This document shows, one piece after another, positions 1 through 13,498 of a stretch of 64,000 bases of DNA. The notes under the pieces were generated by a model, which was given only the letters and a program-made list of their open reading frames with translations, was not told the origin of the DNA and searched no databases. The stretch spans positions 4,836,001 through 4,900,000 of the forward strand of contig OZ193909.1 of NCBI GenBank assembly GCA_964276515.1, in the 5' to 3' direction. A program made the translations under genes and the position numbers. Origin of the DNA: Gordius albopunctatus. Lineage: Eukaryota. Every line of letters starts with the position of its first letter. Positions within the stretch are counted from its first letter, which is position 1.

Positions 1-280
1 ATAAATTTAAAACAAGTAAAATTTATTTTTATTTAAACACCTGGATGGGGAGTGAACAAATTGATAAGGTTAATATGAGTAATTTTTACCCTAACATGTT
101 ATAAGATAAAAAAAACAAATTAAAAGAATTCAGCTTAATTTCCTTTTTGATACGGGTTCGTTGAAAGCCCTGATTAATAGAGAAGATTGGTTTATATTTA
201 GTGATTGTGGATTATTCAAATAATCTAAATTGGAAGTGCGACTATTTAATAATGACAATATAAGACTAATACGGCAGTGT

Positions 281-1502
281 TGTAGAGGATTTTTACTTTA
301 TTAAAATATAAACCAATTATAATAATCTCTATCGTTAAACATTAGTTTATATAGCATTGTATCGAGGTTAATATGAATAACATTATTTTTATTAAATCGC
401 CGTAAGATATTCAAATTAAAATGAGTGTGAATATAGTAAGAAGAAGTGTGAATATAGTGATATCCAAATCATAAAGATACCAGTATTCTAATTAGGAAAT
501 ACAGTCGAAACTTCTTAATCGCAAATCAGATTATCACGAAAATCTTTTAATCACGAAGTTAACAGCCATTTTGTTTTTTTCAAACGATAATATTAACAAA
601 AACATCGTTTATTGACAAGACTGTACCATATTACCCCCTCCTATTTGCATGGAGTGCAAAAAAATAAAAGTATAAGGTAAATGGAGTTATTGTTTGCTGG
701 TGGTTGAGGCGTGAATGATGGTTGGTAGTTGTTTTGGTATCCGATGTATTAGTACTATCAGTTAAATTGGTCAGTGATGGGGAAAATGGTAATAATAGCA
801 GGTGTTTGCATTGTATCGCCGAAATTGTTTGTCCTTGCTCATTAACGAGGGCCGTGTAGGTGTGTTGATGTTGAATATGGCCATGAGGAATTGAACAATT
901 TTAGTCGGCGACAGACGTTGCAGAGTTGATAGTGTAGTAAGGCGTTTAGATTGTCATCGTATTCGCAACATGATAGGTAGGTTCGTTCCACAGTATTGGA
1001 ACACGTTTACCTCGAGATTGTTTGAGAGTTGAAGGATTGATTGTTTTGTATCTCGATCTCTTTGCCAGTGTAGTATTTGGTGATGGCTTGAGAAAGTAGT
1101 GCCCCAAAATAATCTGAATTGCATTATTTTTAACGATTATAGCCATGTAGCCGATACTAGAGAGAGCGTTTAGGGGGAAGAAATATAAAAAAAATATTGA
1201 CCTGGGGTTATAAGTAGGGGGAGGAATAAAAATATATTGGGCTCCCCCGAAAAAGCGGGGTCACCATTTGTAGAGTATTAAGTTTCTACTTTATTATAAC
1301 CCAAAAGAAAAGCGATTCTAATGAATGCTTTTAGTTAAAACGTCGTGTTTATGTACACATGTAGCGAGGTTATTAATTTGAATAATAGCGGTGAATTGTA
1401 AGGTATTCCAATTATAATGAGTGGTGAAATAATACGTTTAAGATATATGAATAGTGTTGTTTTTTCTCCTCAATAAATTATATTCCAACCCCTCTCACTA
1501 AA
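281..1502 (-). mobile_element. Old, diverged non-autonomous LTR element (same family as 43993-44882 and 57605-58583)
   Basis: Minus-strand PBS TGGTGACCCCG (1256-1266) abuts an LTR end (plus strand TGTAGAG at 1269). Segment 281-~440 is a diverged copy of 1269-~1430. Internal motifs (GGCC..GTGTTGATGTTGA..GGCCATG, GGCTCCCCC) are shared with the other two copies. Boundaries are approximate. Confidence 0.5.
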
Positions 1503-1596
1503 AAATGGTGACCCCGTTCTTTTTTCCCACAACAATCTCATAAATTAATTAGTTATTGCTCGCAAACAATAATTTTTTTTAATATTATTCATTCAA

Positions 1597-2142
1597 ATGT
1601 AAAAAGAACAGGAGATTGAAGCAACTATAGAGCTGAAGATACCCACATTTTATCGCTGGCTGGCCCAGGCAGAGACCGTATATCAGACAATAAGAATTAC
1701 TTCAGAAAAAGCAAAATTTGGTTAAATTCTTGAAACGTTACCCCCCTAAATCGCCGAAGAGGTGGAGGATTTAATCATTAAGATCCCACCTGATCAACCA
1801 TTTCAGAAACTCAAACAAGCACTTATCAAGAGGGTCGGCAACTCAGATGAATCAAGATTGATGGAATTTCTAACGGCAGTAGATTTAGGGGATAGATCCC
1901 CATCTCAGCTTTTACGGTACATGAAAAGTTTAGTGGGAACATACGTTCTTGACCAAAAGATTCTAAAGGAACTCTGGCTCAGCAAATTGCCGTGTGAACT
2001 CATCCCCATATTAGTCTCGTGTACTGAAGATACTGCACTTGAGAAATTGGCGGAAACAGCCGACCGCATCATGCTGGCCAAAAAAACTAATTATGTTAAT
2101 AACATTCATAACCAAAAAACACTCCACGGATGCATACCCTAA
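1597..2142 (+). pseudogene. Degenerate gag of a Ty3/Gypsy (CsRn1-like) LTR retrotransposon
   Basis: Follows PBS TGGTGACCCCG at 1506-1516 (complementary to the tRNA-Trp 3' end). The frame from ATG 1597 reads LKIPTF..WLAQAE..IT..KF..LP..IAEEVEDLI..PPDQPFQKLKQALIKR..S.ESRL..LGDRSPSQLLR, a CsRn1-type gag pattern, with three in-frame stops before 1762. A possible PPT and 3' LTR lie at ~2279-2456. Confidence 0.8.
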
Positions 2143-2704
2143 AGAACTAACAGAAGTTTATCTGCTCTAAATAGGACATTAGAAAAGATAGGTCAACCAC
2201 AGACCCCTTTTGAACAAGCAGGAAACGTTTAGTGATTTAATAAACACAGAAGTAGTCTTTCAAGCAAATATCGGCACTGGAAGTGGTAAGATTTGTGTAG
2301 AGTATACAAGAATTTCTAATAAAGAATTAGGATATTTGAAAAATTATGAGACACATTGAATATAAAAACAGGTGCGAACTTACTAGTTTATAAATTAAAG
2401 CGAACGTAAATAAATTAATATTATGCAAAATAGCAATTAATATTGATGGCGCTATATTATTAAATAAACTTTAATCGCATTTTTTACATTTTTAATTTTT
2501 ATGTATTTTTTAAATGATATTTATTTTAAAATGCTGTTTTTGATATCTACCCAATCCAATATTTTTTTATATAACTTTTTAAGATTATTTAATTTGCGAA
2601 AATTACGAATTTCTGTATGATCACCACTTTACAATGTGCCTTTCAAAATGGTGGAAAAAGGGTACACATTTTGTGCGTTGATGAGCAGTCTATCTAGTTT
2701 ATGT

Positions 2705-3010
2705 ATGTGAGAAATATATTATAAAATTATTCACATACCCTTAGGGTCAATCATATTAAGGTAAATGATTACCAAATTTTAAATTTTTTGCAAAAATATA
2801 TAATATTTAAAACACTTAGGAATTTTTTTAATATCAAATATATTCCATAATTAAAATACACAATAATTTACTAAAATCTAACGATCAATAAAAAGTCGAG
2901 ATCTCGCCGAAAAAATCTCGTCTCGTCTCGACTTCAAAATTCTCGTCTCGATCTCGACTCCATTTTCCAAATTCGTCTCAAAGATTTTTCTCGGTTTTTC
3001 CGCATCACTA
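2705..3010 (+). mobile_element. Right-end fragment of the TCTCG-repeat hAT family
   Basis: TCTCG arrays ending TCGGTTTTTCCGCATCACTA, the same terminus as 61054-62293; a near-duplicate lies at 13198-13498. Confidence 0.8.
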
Positions 3011-3011
3011 A

Positions 3012-3480
3012 TTACCTTTATTAAGTATTTCTGCTCCAATCTAGAGAATGGCCATGAATTCTCTATTTCGAAAAATAGCGGGTGTTTTCTATTATATAGA
3101 TGATCTATTAGTTGGTGGAAAAAATCAAGCGGAATATGATTATATAGTAAGAAGTCTTATGGATTATTGATAATAATTGGCTAAGAGTTTCCAAAGACAA
3201 GTGTGTTTTGTATTTTTGATGTCAGTATATTGATTATGGGTCACATTATTGAAGGTGGCACCATTAATACTATATAGCTTCGAGCTCCAACTTTTAAACA
3301 AAAATTCAATCCTTTCTTGGATTAATAAATTATTAAAACAAATATGTTCCAGATTTTGCTTCTAGAGCTAGGCACTTATGTGACTTTATTAAAGTGAGCA
3401 CAGTTATTAAGTGAAGAATATAAATTGAAAAAAGTTTCATGATATCAAGGAGTGTGTAACTAAGCCATATCCACTTCCCT
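3012..3480 (+). pseudogene. Degenerate Ty3/Gypsy reverse transcriptase fragment
   Basis: Reads MAMNSLFRKIAGVFYYIDDLLVGGKNQAEYD (YxDD motif), LRVSKDKC and IQSFLGLINY*NKYVPDFASRARHL, with stops and frameshifts. The relic probably continues to a purine tract near 4112-4124. Confidence 0.8.
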
Positions 3481-5179
3481 GTTATGTCATTATACACAAT
3501 AATATTATAATGGTTTGCGATAAAATTATAAACGACATAGACTATAGTGATTATAATACAAAAAATGCGAGTCTTTATGTAAAGTTGAACTATGGCTACA
3601 GATCCTGAGAAGAGATAGGAGAGCATTCCTATGTGAATAGCGAAATTGAAGAAATTAACGACGTACCGGACAAATAGGAAGAAGGAAACAATCTCACCGA
3701 TATGGTGTACCCGATCAGAATATACCCCTCCCCCAATAAATTGGCCACCAAAATAGGGAGGTATCATGTCGCCATGACAATTTAACTGAAGGCCGTGCAC
3801 CCTATTAGGAAGGCGCATGCGAATAGAGAAAGCGGTGGCTATAGATCAAAAATGAGACTTAAGAAGGTTATCGATAATTAAGGATCTTTGAAACTGATAG
3901 GCGATAAATAAAGAGTTGGCCCAGGAAACAGAGCAAATAAACCTAGAATTTTTGAAAGTGACGGACGATAAAGAATTCGTCGGAGAAATCGAATAGAGAA
4001 GTAAAGATTTTACGAAAGGAACTCAGAATCCATGCAAGTTATGGACTATAACTTAAGAGCGAGAAATAGATCGAGAAAACAAAAAAAAGTTTCGAATATT
4101 GGAACCCAGCCAGAGGGTAAGGGATATAAAAAAACCCGTTGCGATGAGAAATTAGAACATTTTAAGGTTTTCGGAGAACACTTTTATTTTACCCAAAATT
4201 CAATAGAGAGAAACACTTTCCTTTATCTACCACTCGACGTGAAAGAACTCATTTCCCATACGAATAATTGACTCAATTATTAATATTTTACCGTGTATTT
4301 TGAGAACGTTGTATCTGGAAAGAATTTGTTAATATTATTCCCTAAACATCCCCTCCCATCTTTGTATCAAATTCGCGTTGAAAATAATTATATAAAAATT
4401 TTGATTGAAGAAATAAAATAAAGTTTTAATTATTGAAGGTATTTTATTTTTGGGTCCAACAAACCTCATAGCGTGAAATATTATTATCCGCCATTGAACG
4501 TAAACACCTTAAAAACAAATCGAATTTTGCCCTCCCCAAAACATAAATGTAATCCTTCCCTTCCCAAAACCTCAAAAACTAGTATGAATGTAATTAAATG
4601 GGTATTATGTTATTTATTGCGCGCTCTATTCCTGACTTAATTTTAATTTAATAAACTTACTTCCTTAAGTATTTTTGTGTTAATTGACTTGTTCGTAAAT
4701 TTAACATAAAAATCTTCTCTTTAAGACTCTCAAGAAATCTTTTAACTATTAGTAGTTATTTTATTTCTTACTTAGAGCTTGCTGCAAACATTTAGCAATT
4801 CTATACCGGTCACTAAATACGACAAATTGGGTTTGGATTTATTAGATAACATTACAGGAGATTTTTTAATAATTCACAAAATTTAAAAAAGGTAAGTATC
4901 CTGTTAGAGAATAAGTTAGGATTATACTAAAATTTCAAAAAAGATTGCGATGAAATCTGTAAAATTATAATAAAAATATGAAAATTAAAAACGTGAAAGA
5001 GATTTTATTTCAAGTGCCTATAACCTAAACATATTATTACTAATTGGCTAAAATTTTTGAAAATATCTAAAACCAATTATCCCGATATGAGATGGTCTGT
5101 GGTCTAATTAGATTGTTTTGTTCATTCGACATAGACTTGGCCCTTATGGAACATATAAACTATTACTGATTAACACCAT

Positions 5180-8100
5180 ATGTTTTTAAAAATCTCATCA
5201 AGAGTAAAGATTTATTATCACCAAACTATCTTCTGCTATGAAATAAGACGTTTTTTATATTCAGAAGAAAATTCTTTTCAAAATTATTTAAATAGTTTAT
5301 ACGATATTGAGCAAAGCACTGATAGGACATCATTCAATATTAATAATGTATTGGCAATACAACCTAATGTTAAATGGGGACCTGCAAAAAAGGTTTTGAC
5401 TAATCCATACTTGCAATTAGAAGAGCTAACTTCTCTTATAGAAACAATTCCACATCTTAGAGTTTGTGAAAAGGTATATACATTTAAATTGTTGACCATT
5501 TGTGCAGATTATTTTATCTACTGACAATCTAATTAATAAAACTATATTTGGTAAAACAAAACTTGAAGAAGTTACTGAGAAGTTAAATAAAAATCCAGAG
5601 ATTAGAGCAATTTTTGTTGGTGTAAGTATTTTAAAAAGCCAGCAGCGTGCTGTACTTGAAAGGTTATGGAAAAAACCTGTTTTTGATAGGTAATCAATAA
5701 GACAATATATTTTAATTTGGCTTAAAATAAAACGAATAGGTACAATATTGTGATTCAAATTTTTAAACATTATGCAAAAACTAAAGAAGCAAAGTTACAA
5801 ATTGCACTTGCAGAAATACCATATATCAAAGCAAAGCTGTATGAAGCTAAATCTGCCCCTTCTGGAATTGGCTCTTATTTCACAACAGACTTTGAAAATT
5901 TAATTTCCTATAATAATGATTATGCTGTAACAAAAGATTGTACACCTTGGAATGAGAGGAAAGAACAATTGAATTGGAAAGAAGATAAAATAAAAAAAGA
6001 AATTGAACTTTTGAAAAAAACAAGGGAATATAGAAGACTTTCATATAATTCTTCACTTCCAAATTCCTATCCAATCATAGCCATTGTTGGTTATACAAAT
6101 TCTGGTAAATATTTATCTATCGCTAGTTTGAGAGTTTAAAATGTTTTTTTTATTAAATTGAATTTTACAATGCAGATAGGCTTGATATTTCCAAATTTTT
6201 ACTATTTTTAATTTTGATTTAATTATATAGCTTTAATTTGGATATTATGAAAAATTGTGATAGTAAATCTAAAATTAATTATACTCTTAAAATATTAAGA
6301 ATTTATATTATTTGTGATGATTTTTAAAATTAAGGTGGTGTGATTTGTTGTTTTAATTTATTCAAATCCCATTAAGTGAAACCATTTTTATTCTAACCTC
6401 TCCTATATCTTATACAAGAATGTATTATAATTCTAGTCTATGATTATAATGAGTTATAAGTATATTTAAATGACTAGAAATATCAATGCATTGGGTTTTG
6501 AATAAATTTCCATGTAAGCAGGGAGTTAATAAGGTTATGGTAAAAATTGCTACCTGGAACATATTGAAATACAAATTATTTTTGCATCCTCTTTGCTAAT
6601 CATTCTAATACTATGAAACTAACCTTTACAATTATAGTATATATCTTTTAGACCCTATAAGTTACTTGCCTTTTTTCATAACAAACAATGTCTGCTTTGT
6701 AATTAGTCAAAAATGTATATTTGCTCAAAATTTGGACAGACATGTGCAAATCAACGTTTGCTTGCTATATCTTAGTTAGTTGTACTTTACAATGAAAATA
6801 TATTTAAATAGCAATTGCATTAAAGATTCCATTGATCAGGTGTATCATTGAAAATCCAAGTGGGGATTGGTTGTTTTTTATTTGACATAAAATTGTATGT
6901 AAGATTATGTTAAAAAGTTTGAAATGTTAATCTGTTTCTATACAATCAGATAAATTAAGGGCCTTTACCCAAATTAATCTCTATCTTAGCATGTATCATA
7001 CACAATTATTTGGAAATAAACTAGAGATGCACCGATACCAAGGATCGGCATGGTATCGGCCGATTCAATATGAAACTCAAAAAATAATATTTATAGTATC
7101 TCCTTCCATTAAAAAATAGAGGACTTTTTCAATTTTTTGAAAATTGTTTCATTTGATTGGCTATAAATATTTCTATGTGGAGTATAATAAACTCATTGAC
7201 CATCTGTTCCAAATAACTGCGCTTTTAAGTAAATATTGTTTTATTTTAAAAATTATTATATATTAAGCCTTAGATGGATTCTTTAGATACCTTATGGAGT
7301 TATTTTGTTGTGTCAGCAGATGAAAAAATTGTAATCTGTGAATTATGCAAAGCTAAAATAAGTCGTGGGGGCAAAGACAAACATTCCTTTAATACTTCAA
7401 AATTAAGAAAACATTTAAAAACTAGACATCCAATCCAATTTCGCAGTGTTCTTAAAAATGAAAGTGATATTAATACAAAAAAGATTAATTTGATAAAATT
7501 TAAATTTCTTTTTTGATCTATTAATCACCATACTTTTGAATTATTTAATAACAAAATTTATTATTATAAATTAATATTATATTACAATTGTTTTATCTTC
7601 AAAATTCTGATCTACCAAAATTTGCATGTGACTTTATTTATAATATTTAATTTGCATATATTTTTTAAAACAAAAATTTATTATAAGTATCGGCACAAAA
7701 TAGTGGTATCGGTGCATCTCTAAAATAAAGCGCTATTATTAAAAAAAAATCTGACCAATCGATTATATTATTTAATCACAGCTATTCTAATTATCCAATT
7801 GAATCAATTGAAATCTAGGTAAGAGTTCCCTGATTAAATCGTTGACCGGGGACGAAAGTATAGAGCCCTTGAATAGATTATTCGCTACGTTAGATGTCTC
7901 CTTGCATCAGGGCACCTTGTTGTATGGGGAAAAGGTTTTGTACCTAGACACCATAGGTTTCATATCCGATATTCCCATCACCCTCATAAACGCTTTTCAA
8001 GCCACGCTACAGGATATCAACCGAGCGGTTTGAGACTTATTTTGTCGTTGATATGATAACCTTTGCTTTTTCTCGCCTATTTATAAAAGGCATTCTTTTA

Positions 8101-9686
8101 CGGGAATTTGTGGCCAAGTGTATTAGAGAAAATAGTTTGCTTTATAGTTAGTATTGGAATGAATGTGAATCGGGGGGTCCCTTGGTTTGAAATCGCTAGG
8201 TGTTCATTTTGAAAACGCTATATTGTCAAATAAAAAATAACACAATTTGAGAGAAGATAGAGAGAGGTACGTCTCTTAAGTTTATAATATACCTCCAAAA
8301 TGTATGTTAAGAACCCTAAATACTAACTAACATCACTTACTGTATCCTGGTATTTTTAGAGTGCTTGATGATGAAAAAAAATTATGATTAAACTAAACAA
8401 TTTTTAAGCCTTTAGTGAATATGTAATAATCGAAACTTGTTATACATTAAAAACATTATTTTTAATAAATCATATGTAGTATTTTTATTGAAAATGAATC
8501 TTAAATTTATAACTAGGCATGTAACTTTCTAAATTTAAGATTCATTTTTCTCTTGTTCGGCCACCCTGTAAAAACATGCAACTTTAGGTTTAATACTTTT
8601 TGGCAAATAGATTTAAAACATCATTTATAAACTTTATAAATGTTTGTTTGTGTATTGTTAGGATCTAATCGTCCATATCAGGGATTGTAGTCACCCAGAT
8701 ATGGAAGCTCAAAATGAGACTGTTAAAAAGACTTTGGCATTATTGGAACTCAAAGCGGGTCTGGTGGAAAATATCATCGAAGTATACAACAAAATAGACC
8801 TGTTACCAAAGTTAAATGCGTATTTGTTTCATTTGCATTCGAACGATTTTGAAAATTTGAGCTAAATATCAATCATGAATCAACTCGCTAATTTTTGAAA
8901 TAAAAGGATTTTGTATTTTTAAATCTTATGCGACTATGAATTAAGCGAAGATTAAATATATAAATTAAAATATGCATTTTCCCATTTCTGATTAATACCA
9001 CCTTTCTAAGCGAGCGCTTTAAAATATAAAAAAAAATTGTTAGCGAACAAATTAGATTCTAAAAATTTCGCAACAATTTTACCTGTATAATATATTGAAT
9101 TTACAGAACGACACTTGATACCTTCCAAAGCCGAGAAAACGTATGCCTTACATCGACCAAAAATTATATGGGATTGGATACACTTACACAAAAGATTCAT
9201 CAAGTCCTAATGGCGAAAAGTGGCACAACACCCTTAAACCTGACGGTCCCCATGCAGCATTACTCTACAGTTTTGGGGTATTTAATTCGGTTCAAGCTTA
9301 AATAGCCATACTATTTAATATTTTAAAATGCTTTTAAAATTATTTAATCAATTGTTAGGGCTTTTTAAAAAATATATATATACAAAAAATCAATCTTAAT
9401 ATTTTCCACAAAATTAAAATTGATTAATTGGACACAAAATTTGTTTGCACATTAAATTTAAATTCGATATTTAGACGTGCCTAAAGAAATTTTGCAGCTT
9501 ATTTATAAGTATTGCATTACTGATTTACTTTATAGATTTTTAATGAAGATGAATGCCTCAATACAAAGCACCTTGCCATCGGAAGATTCCTGCAGTATGA
9601 TGCTAAAAACGATAGTCGATGATAAAACCATCTCCATTTTCAAACATAATTTCGGGACGTCCTATGTCGATAATGTTATTTCCTAA
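5180..9686 (+). CDS. GTPBP6: GTP-binding protein 6 (mitochondrial HflX-family GTPase), 7 exons
   Basis: Exons 5180-5473, 5508-5689, 5740-6104, 7819-8027, 8662-8810, 9107-9277, 9536-9686 join in frame at GT..AG. Motifs: VFDRY..IQIF..AKTKEAKLQIALAE, G1 GYTNSGKS, G2 LFATLD, G3 DTIGF, G4 NKID. Confidence 0.93.
7022..7722 (+). mobile_element. Non-autonomous hAT transposon in GTPBP6 intron 3, retaining a BED zinc-finger ORF (7274-7516)
   Basis: 19-bp TIRs TAGAGATGCACCGATACCA; 8-bp TSD AAATAAAC/AAATAAAG (1 mismatch); ORF LWSYF..CELC..NTSKLRKHLKTRH is a BED finger. Confidence 0.9.
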
Positions 9687-10028
9687 TCTTGTTTTGTCTA
9701 TACCCCACAGTTTTAAATAGGCTTTAGAGATATGATTATTTACTTTAGTGATGTTAAAACCTTACAAAATTCCATTTTAGGTGTTGCTTAAAAATGACGC
9801 GAATTGTTATATTTTTTGTCAGCAATAATACAATGACAAATGAAAAAGCCCTCTTGTGTTAAATTTATTTTTATAATTATATTTTTAGATCATATGGTTT
9901 AACAAAATTTAAATCAATAAATATGTCTTTTGAACACATGGAAGTAAATTAAGTTAGCACGTCTTTGATTCAATTCATTTGCACCTAATCTTTCGTTTGA
10001 TAAGTATATAATCCAAATGTGAAAGTAC

Positions 10029-11499
10029 TTAATGGCATAAACGTTTAGTTAATTCGGCCTAAGCAGAAGATTATATGAAAAGCACTTTTATATTTTACCA
10101 GAGGATCCAATTCTTTCCTCTCAATGAGATTAAAATGCACCACAAAGTAATAGTAGTGTTTGTAACAAGTATTTACATGGGCCTCCTATCATAACATTAA
10201 CAAATTTGTTTTTGGGTTGATGGAATTATTAACTTACAGCACCCATGGCAATGATTTTATCAAAATGATGGATGTACACGTGAACAAATATCCTATATAG
10301 TCTTGAGAGAATTTTCTTGCATGAAGCATTAAAATGTTTGGGAAATGGATTATCTAAATAAGATTTAAAATGCACATTATTATAAATCAAATTTATTACA
10401 AAAAATTAGATATTTAATAATATGAATTGTTTGGATAACAAAAAATAAGACAAACCAGTGTCTGGGGGAAATAATGTTGTATCATTTATTTGAGCTTCAA
10501 CCCAATTTATTAAGGAAGTTATGTAGAGTGAGGCTGTTAAAGATGTTGGTTTCTTATAATCTTTTCCATCACACCAAAAATATTCATATCTGTCAAATGA
10601 AAAGCAAACATTTCTAAATAACTATATAATTTATAAAATTCCTTTGATATGTTAAAATTTCTCCTAATGCAAGTATTGAAGATGCTCAACCTTGGTTTTT
10701 GCAGAAACATTAAAAAATTTGGTGCATGTGTATCTATCAAACCTAGATGCTATTTAAATAGCTATTTTAGAGGTTATTTGATTAAAGAGGGTTTGATATA
10801 AATTTTCCACATTTTAAAATAATTATGTGTGTTTGGATATTACAATTTTGCCCTAAATAATACTAAATTAATCTAGAAGCTTACAATAATGCAAATACTT
10901 ATAAAAATAATTATTTATACAAAAAATTTTATCAAGAACTAAAAAAATTTTTAATAAATTTGGTATAAATTTTAACTTTTGTAAAATATCAAAAAATTAT
11001 AAATAATCTAATAAAAATGACTACTTCTGTCCACCTGACATTTTTGGGCAAGATTCTGCGGTACAAAATTCTGATATCAATCCATATAGAAGATTGAGTC
11101 TGTTGAAAAAGTCAACAACTGATAAACAAATTATGTAAACTATAACACACATTTCAATGATAATTTGCATTGTTCATAAGTTAATATTTAATTTTATATA
11201 AAATTAATAAAATAAAAGATAGCATGTAAGGAAAATCAATTATATGTGACTATTATTTAATAAATACTTATTTTTACCATGGACTGCAATCCAGTCATTT
11301 TTATCCTCATCGATAGGAAGACATACGGCTAATTTTAAATCTACCCCTGACTTCAAGGATGCTTCTGCTTTTTTAAATAAGGAATATCTTGTTGTGCCCT
11401 CAACAAAATTCTTTTTTGGCTTGAATGTCTAACAAATTATTGATTTTGGATAATGTAAGCTACTTTTTCTCTTTCAAAAAAAGCTAAAATTGTCGTCAT
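10029..11499 (-). CDS. MOB3: MOB kinase activator 3-like protein, 7 exons (missed by the ORF track)
   Basis: Exons 11499-11464, 11428-11278, 11118-11025, 10589-10456, 10353-10238, 10185-10099, 10058-10029 give [114 protein letters not shown]. Confidence 0.95.
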
Positions 11500-11959
11500 A
11501 TAACTTCTAATTATTAATTTTTGTTTATAATATCTATGGGTTTAAGAAAGGTAAATTTTTTAATCAGCTGATGAGAATTTAGGAGCAATATTGTGATACA
11601 AAATCACAAGGCCAAATATACTACTTAAATGTCTTATAACTTGACGCAAATTATTACACGTATGCCGATTTGTACGAATACATAAAATAATCTTATTCTC
11701 TCAAAAATTTTCTAATGTCTATTTTAAACATAATTGCAAACTTATTCCCAGTCCATTTTAGAACTGAGCAAGTATATAAATATTGACTTTGTGATTCTAT
11801 TCAGTATTATATCCCAAATAATTATGATAGAGAATCATAGGTTAGACGTTAATATGCTTTGAGCTTTTTCCCAAGTCCATCAGACCTTGAGAAAAATACA
11901 AAAATTAATAATAATATATTAAAAATGCCGTGTAAGCTTAGCCTGAGGTAAGGTTAAAA

Positions 11960-12121
11960 GGGTGCCCTATCAACTCGCCGAATTTAATGTCCCCCGGTTA
12001 AAAAAGGTCCCCTAATTTAAAATCGTCCCCCATTCATCCAATCACAAAATAGGGGACCTTTTTTTAACCGGGGGACATTAAATTCGGCGAGATGGTTTTC
12101 GGCAAGTTTACTGGCCACCGG
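11960..12121. mobile_element. Small palindromic MITE
   Basis: Near-perfect ~41-bp inverted repeat 11974-12014 / 12050-12091 with a 35-nt spacer; outer limits are uncertain. Confidence 0.6.
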
Positions 12122-13197
12122 TTAAACGGCACGTTTTGCATTAATGGGCTATATTTGTCCAGTTTGCAATTCTCTATAAGAAATATTGATTTGATTAAGA
12201 CAAACATTTAAGTCCATTAGTACCATCATTAATTATAGCCCATAGTGTTTATTGCATGTTTAATATAGCGTTATAAACCACAAAGTGTGTAACGTTCTTA
12301 ATGATGGTTACTTTGTTTTATTCAAACACCGATATTATATAATTGTGGAACAAAAATTACAAGACTCTTTTTAAATTGCGTACACATTGCGTTTATATAT
12401 TAGATAAAATACATAATCATTATTATTGGAAAATCGATAATATTCTTGGAAGATTTAATTAATCGATGCGCTTCCATGAAGGATGATTATTATTCTGGGA
12501 AGAATTAAATATCTCTATGATCTTCTGAGAAGATCACAATAAATCGATAAGTTCCAAGGAAGATCTGTCAATCGACGTCATAGCGTGCGATCTTCTAGGA
12601 AAAGAAATTCAAATGTGTGATTACTTATTTCTGCTGATGTCACTACAAGTGCGAGTGACTTTTAATGATAATATTAATTGCTATGCAATTTTATTATTTA
12701 CAGAATTCGTAACTAGATGCACTTATAAAAACGTGTAGAAACAACAATAAAAGCAGCATTATTATAGGATTAAGAATATAAGGTTTTAAACTTTAAATTG
12801 CACGTATTTAAATTTATGACAAAAATCATTAAAATCATATTTATATTCCAAATAATTATCTTCCAATTCTAACTAACTTTGACATTAAATATTTATTTAT
12901 CGAATATATTTGAAGCATAAAAACTTCTAGAAAACTCATGCTTTAGATTTAATCTATTACGGTGTCATTAAATACTCTATTGTACTTTTGAAATCTTTAG
13001 GCGGGTGCTCAAAAATCTCGAGCCACCTTAGCTTAACTAGTTTATTTATTCAAACTGATTGACTATCGATTTATAATTACCGCATTATGCAGGATGAGTA
13101 ACTGCGAATAAATAGGATTTGTTTATATTAAATATTCAATCAGAACTCATTCTAAGCCTATAAATTTGTAATATTTAAAAAGGATATGGATTCAAAT

Positions 13198-13498
13198 ATG
13201 TGATAAAGATATTATAAAATTATTCACATACCCTAAGGGTCAACCATACTTAGGTAAATGTTGCAAAAAATATAATATTTACAGGAATTTTTTTAATGTC
13301 AAATATATTCCATACATATTGATTTACACTAAATACCTTAAATTTAAATCATGCAAATTAAAAAACACAATAATTTACTAAAATCTAACAATAAAAAAAG
13401 TCGAGATCTTGCCGAAAAAATCTCGTATCGTCTCGTCTCGACATCAAAATTCTCGTCTCGATCTCGACTCCATTTTTCTCGGTTTTTCCGCATCACTA
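13198..13498 (+). mobile_element. Second right-end fragment of the TCTCG-repeat hAT family
   Basis: Aligns to 2705-3010 and ends CGCATCACTA. Confidence 0.8.

Noticed and set aside
3333..3818. 161-aa minus-strand ORF
   Set aside because: Antisense to the decayed Gypsy pol relic; no recognisable protein features.
4776..4896. Exon-like segment (TTAG..AAG|GTAAGT) upstream of GTPBP6
   Set aside because: The frames I read contain stops and no partner exon was found; it could be a UTR exon but is unsupported.
8080..8570. Tc1/mariner-like end (CACCCTG|TA at ~8562-8570) in a GTPBP6 intron
   Set aside because: Only one terminus was found, so the element could not be delimited.
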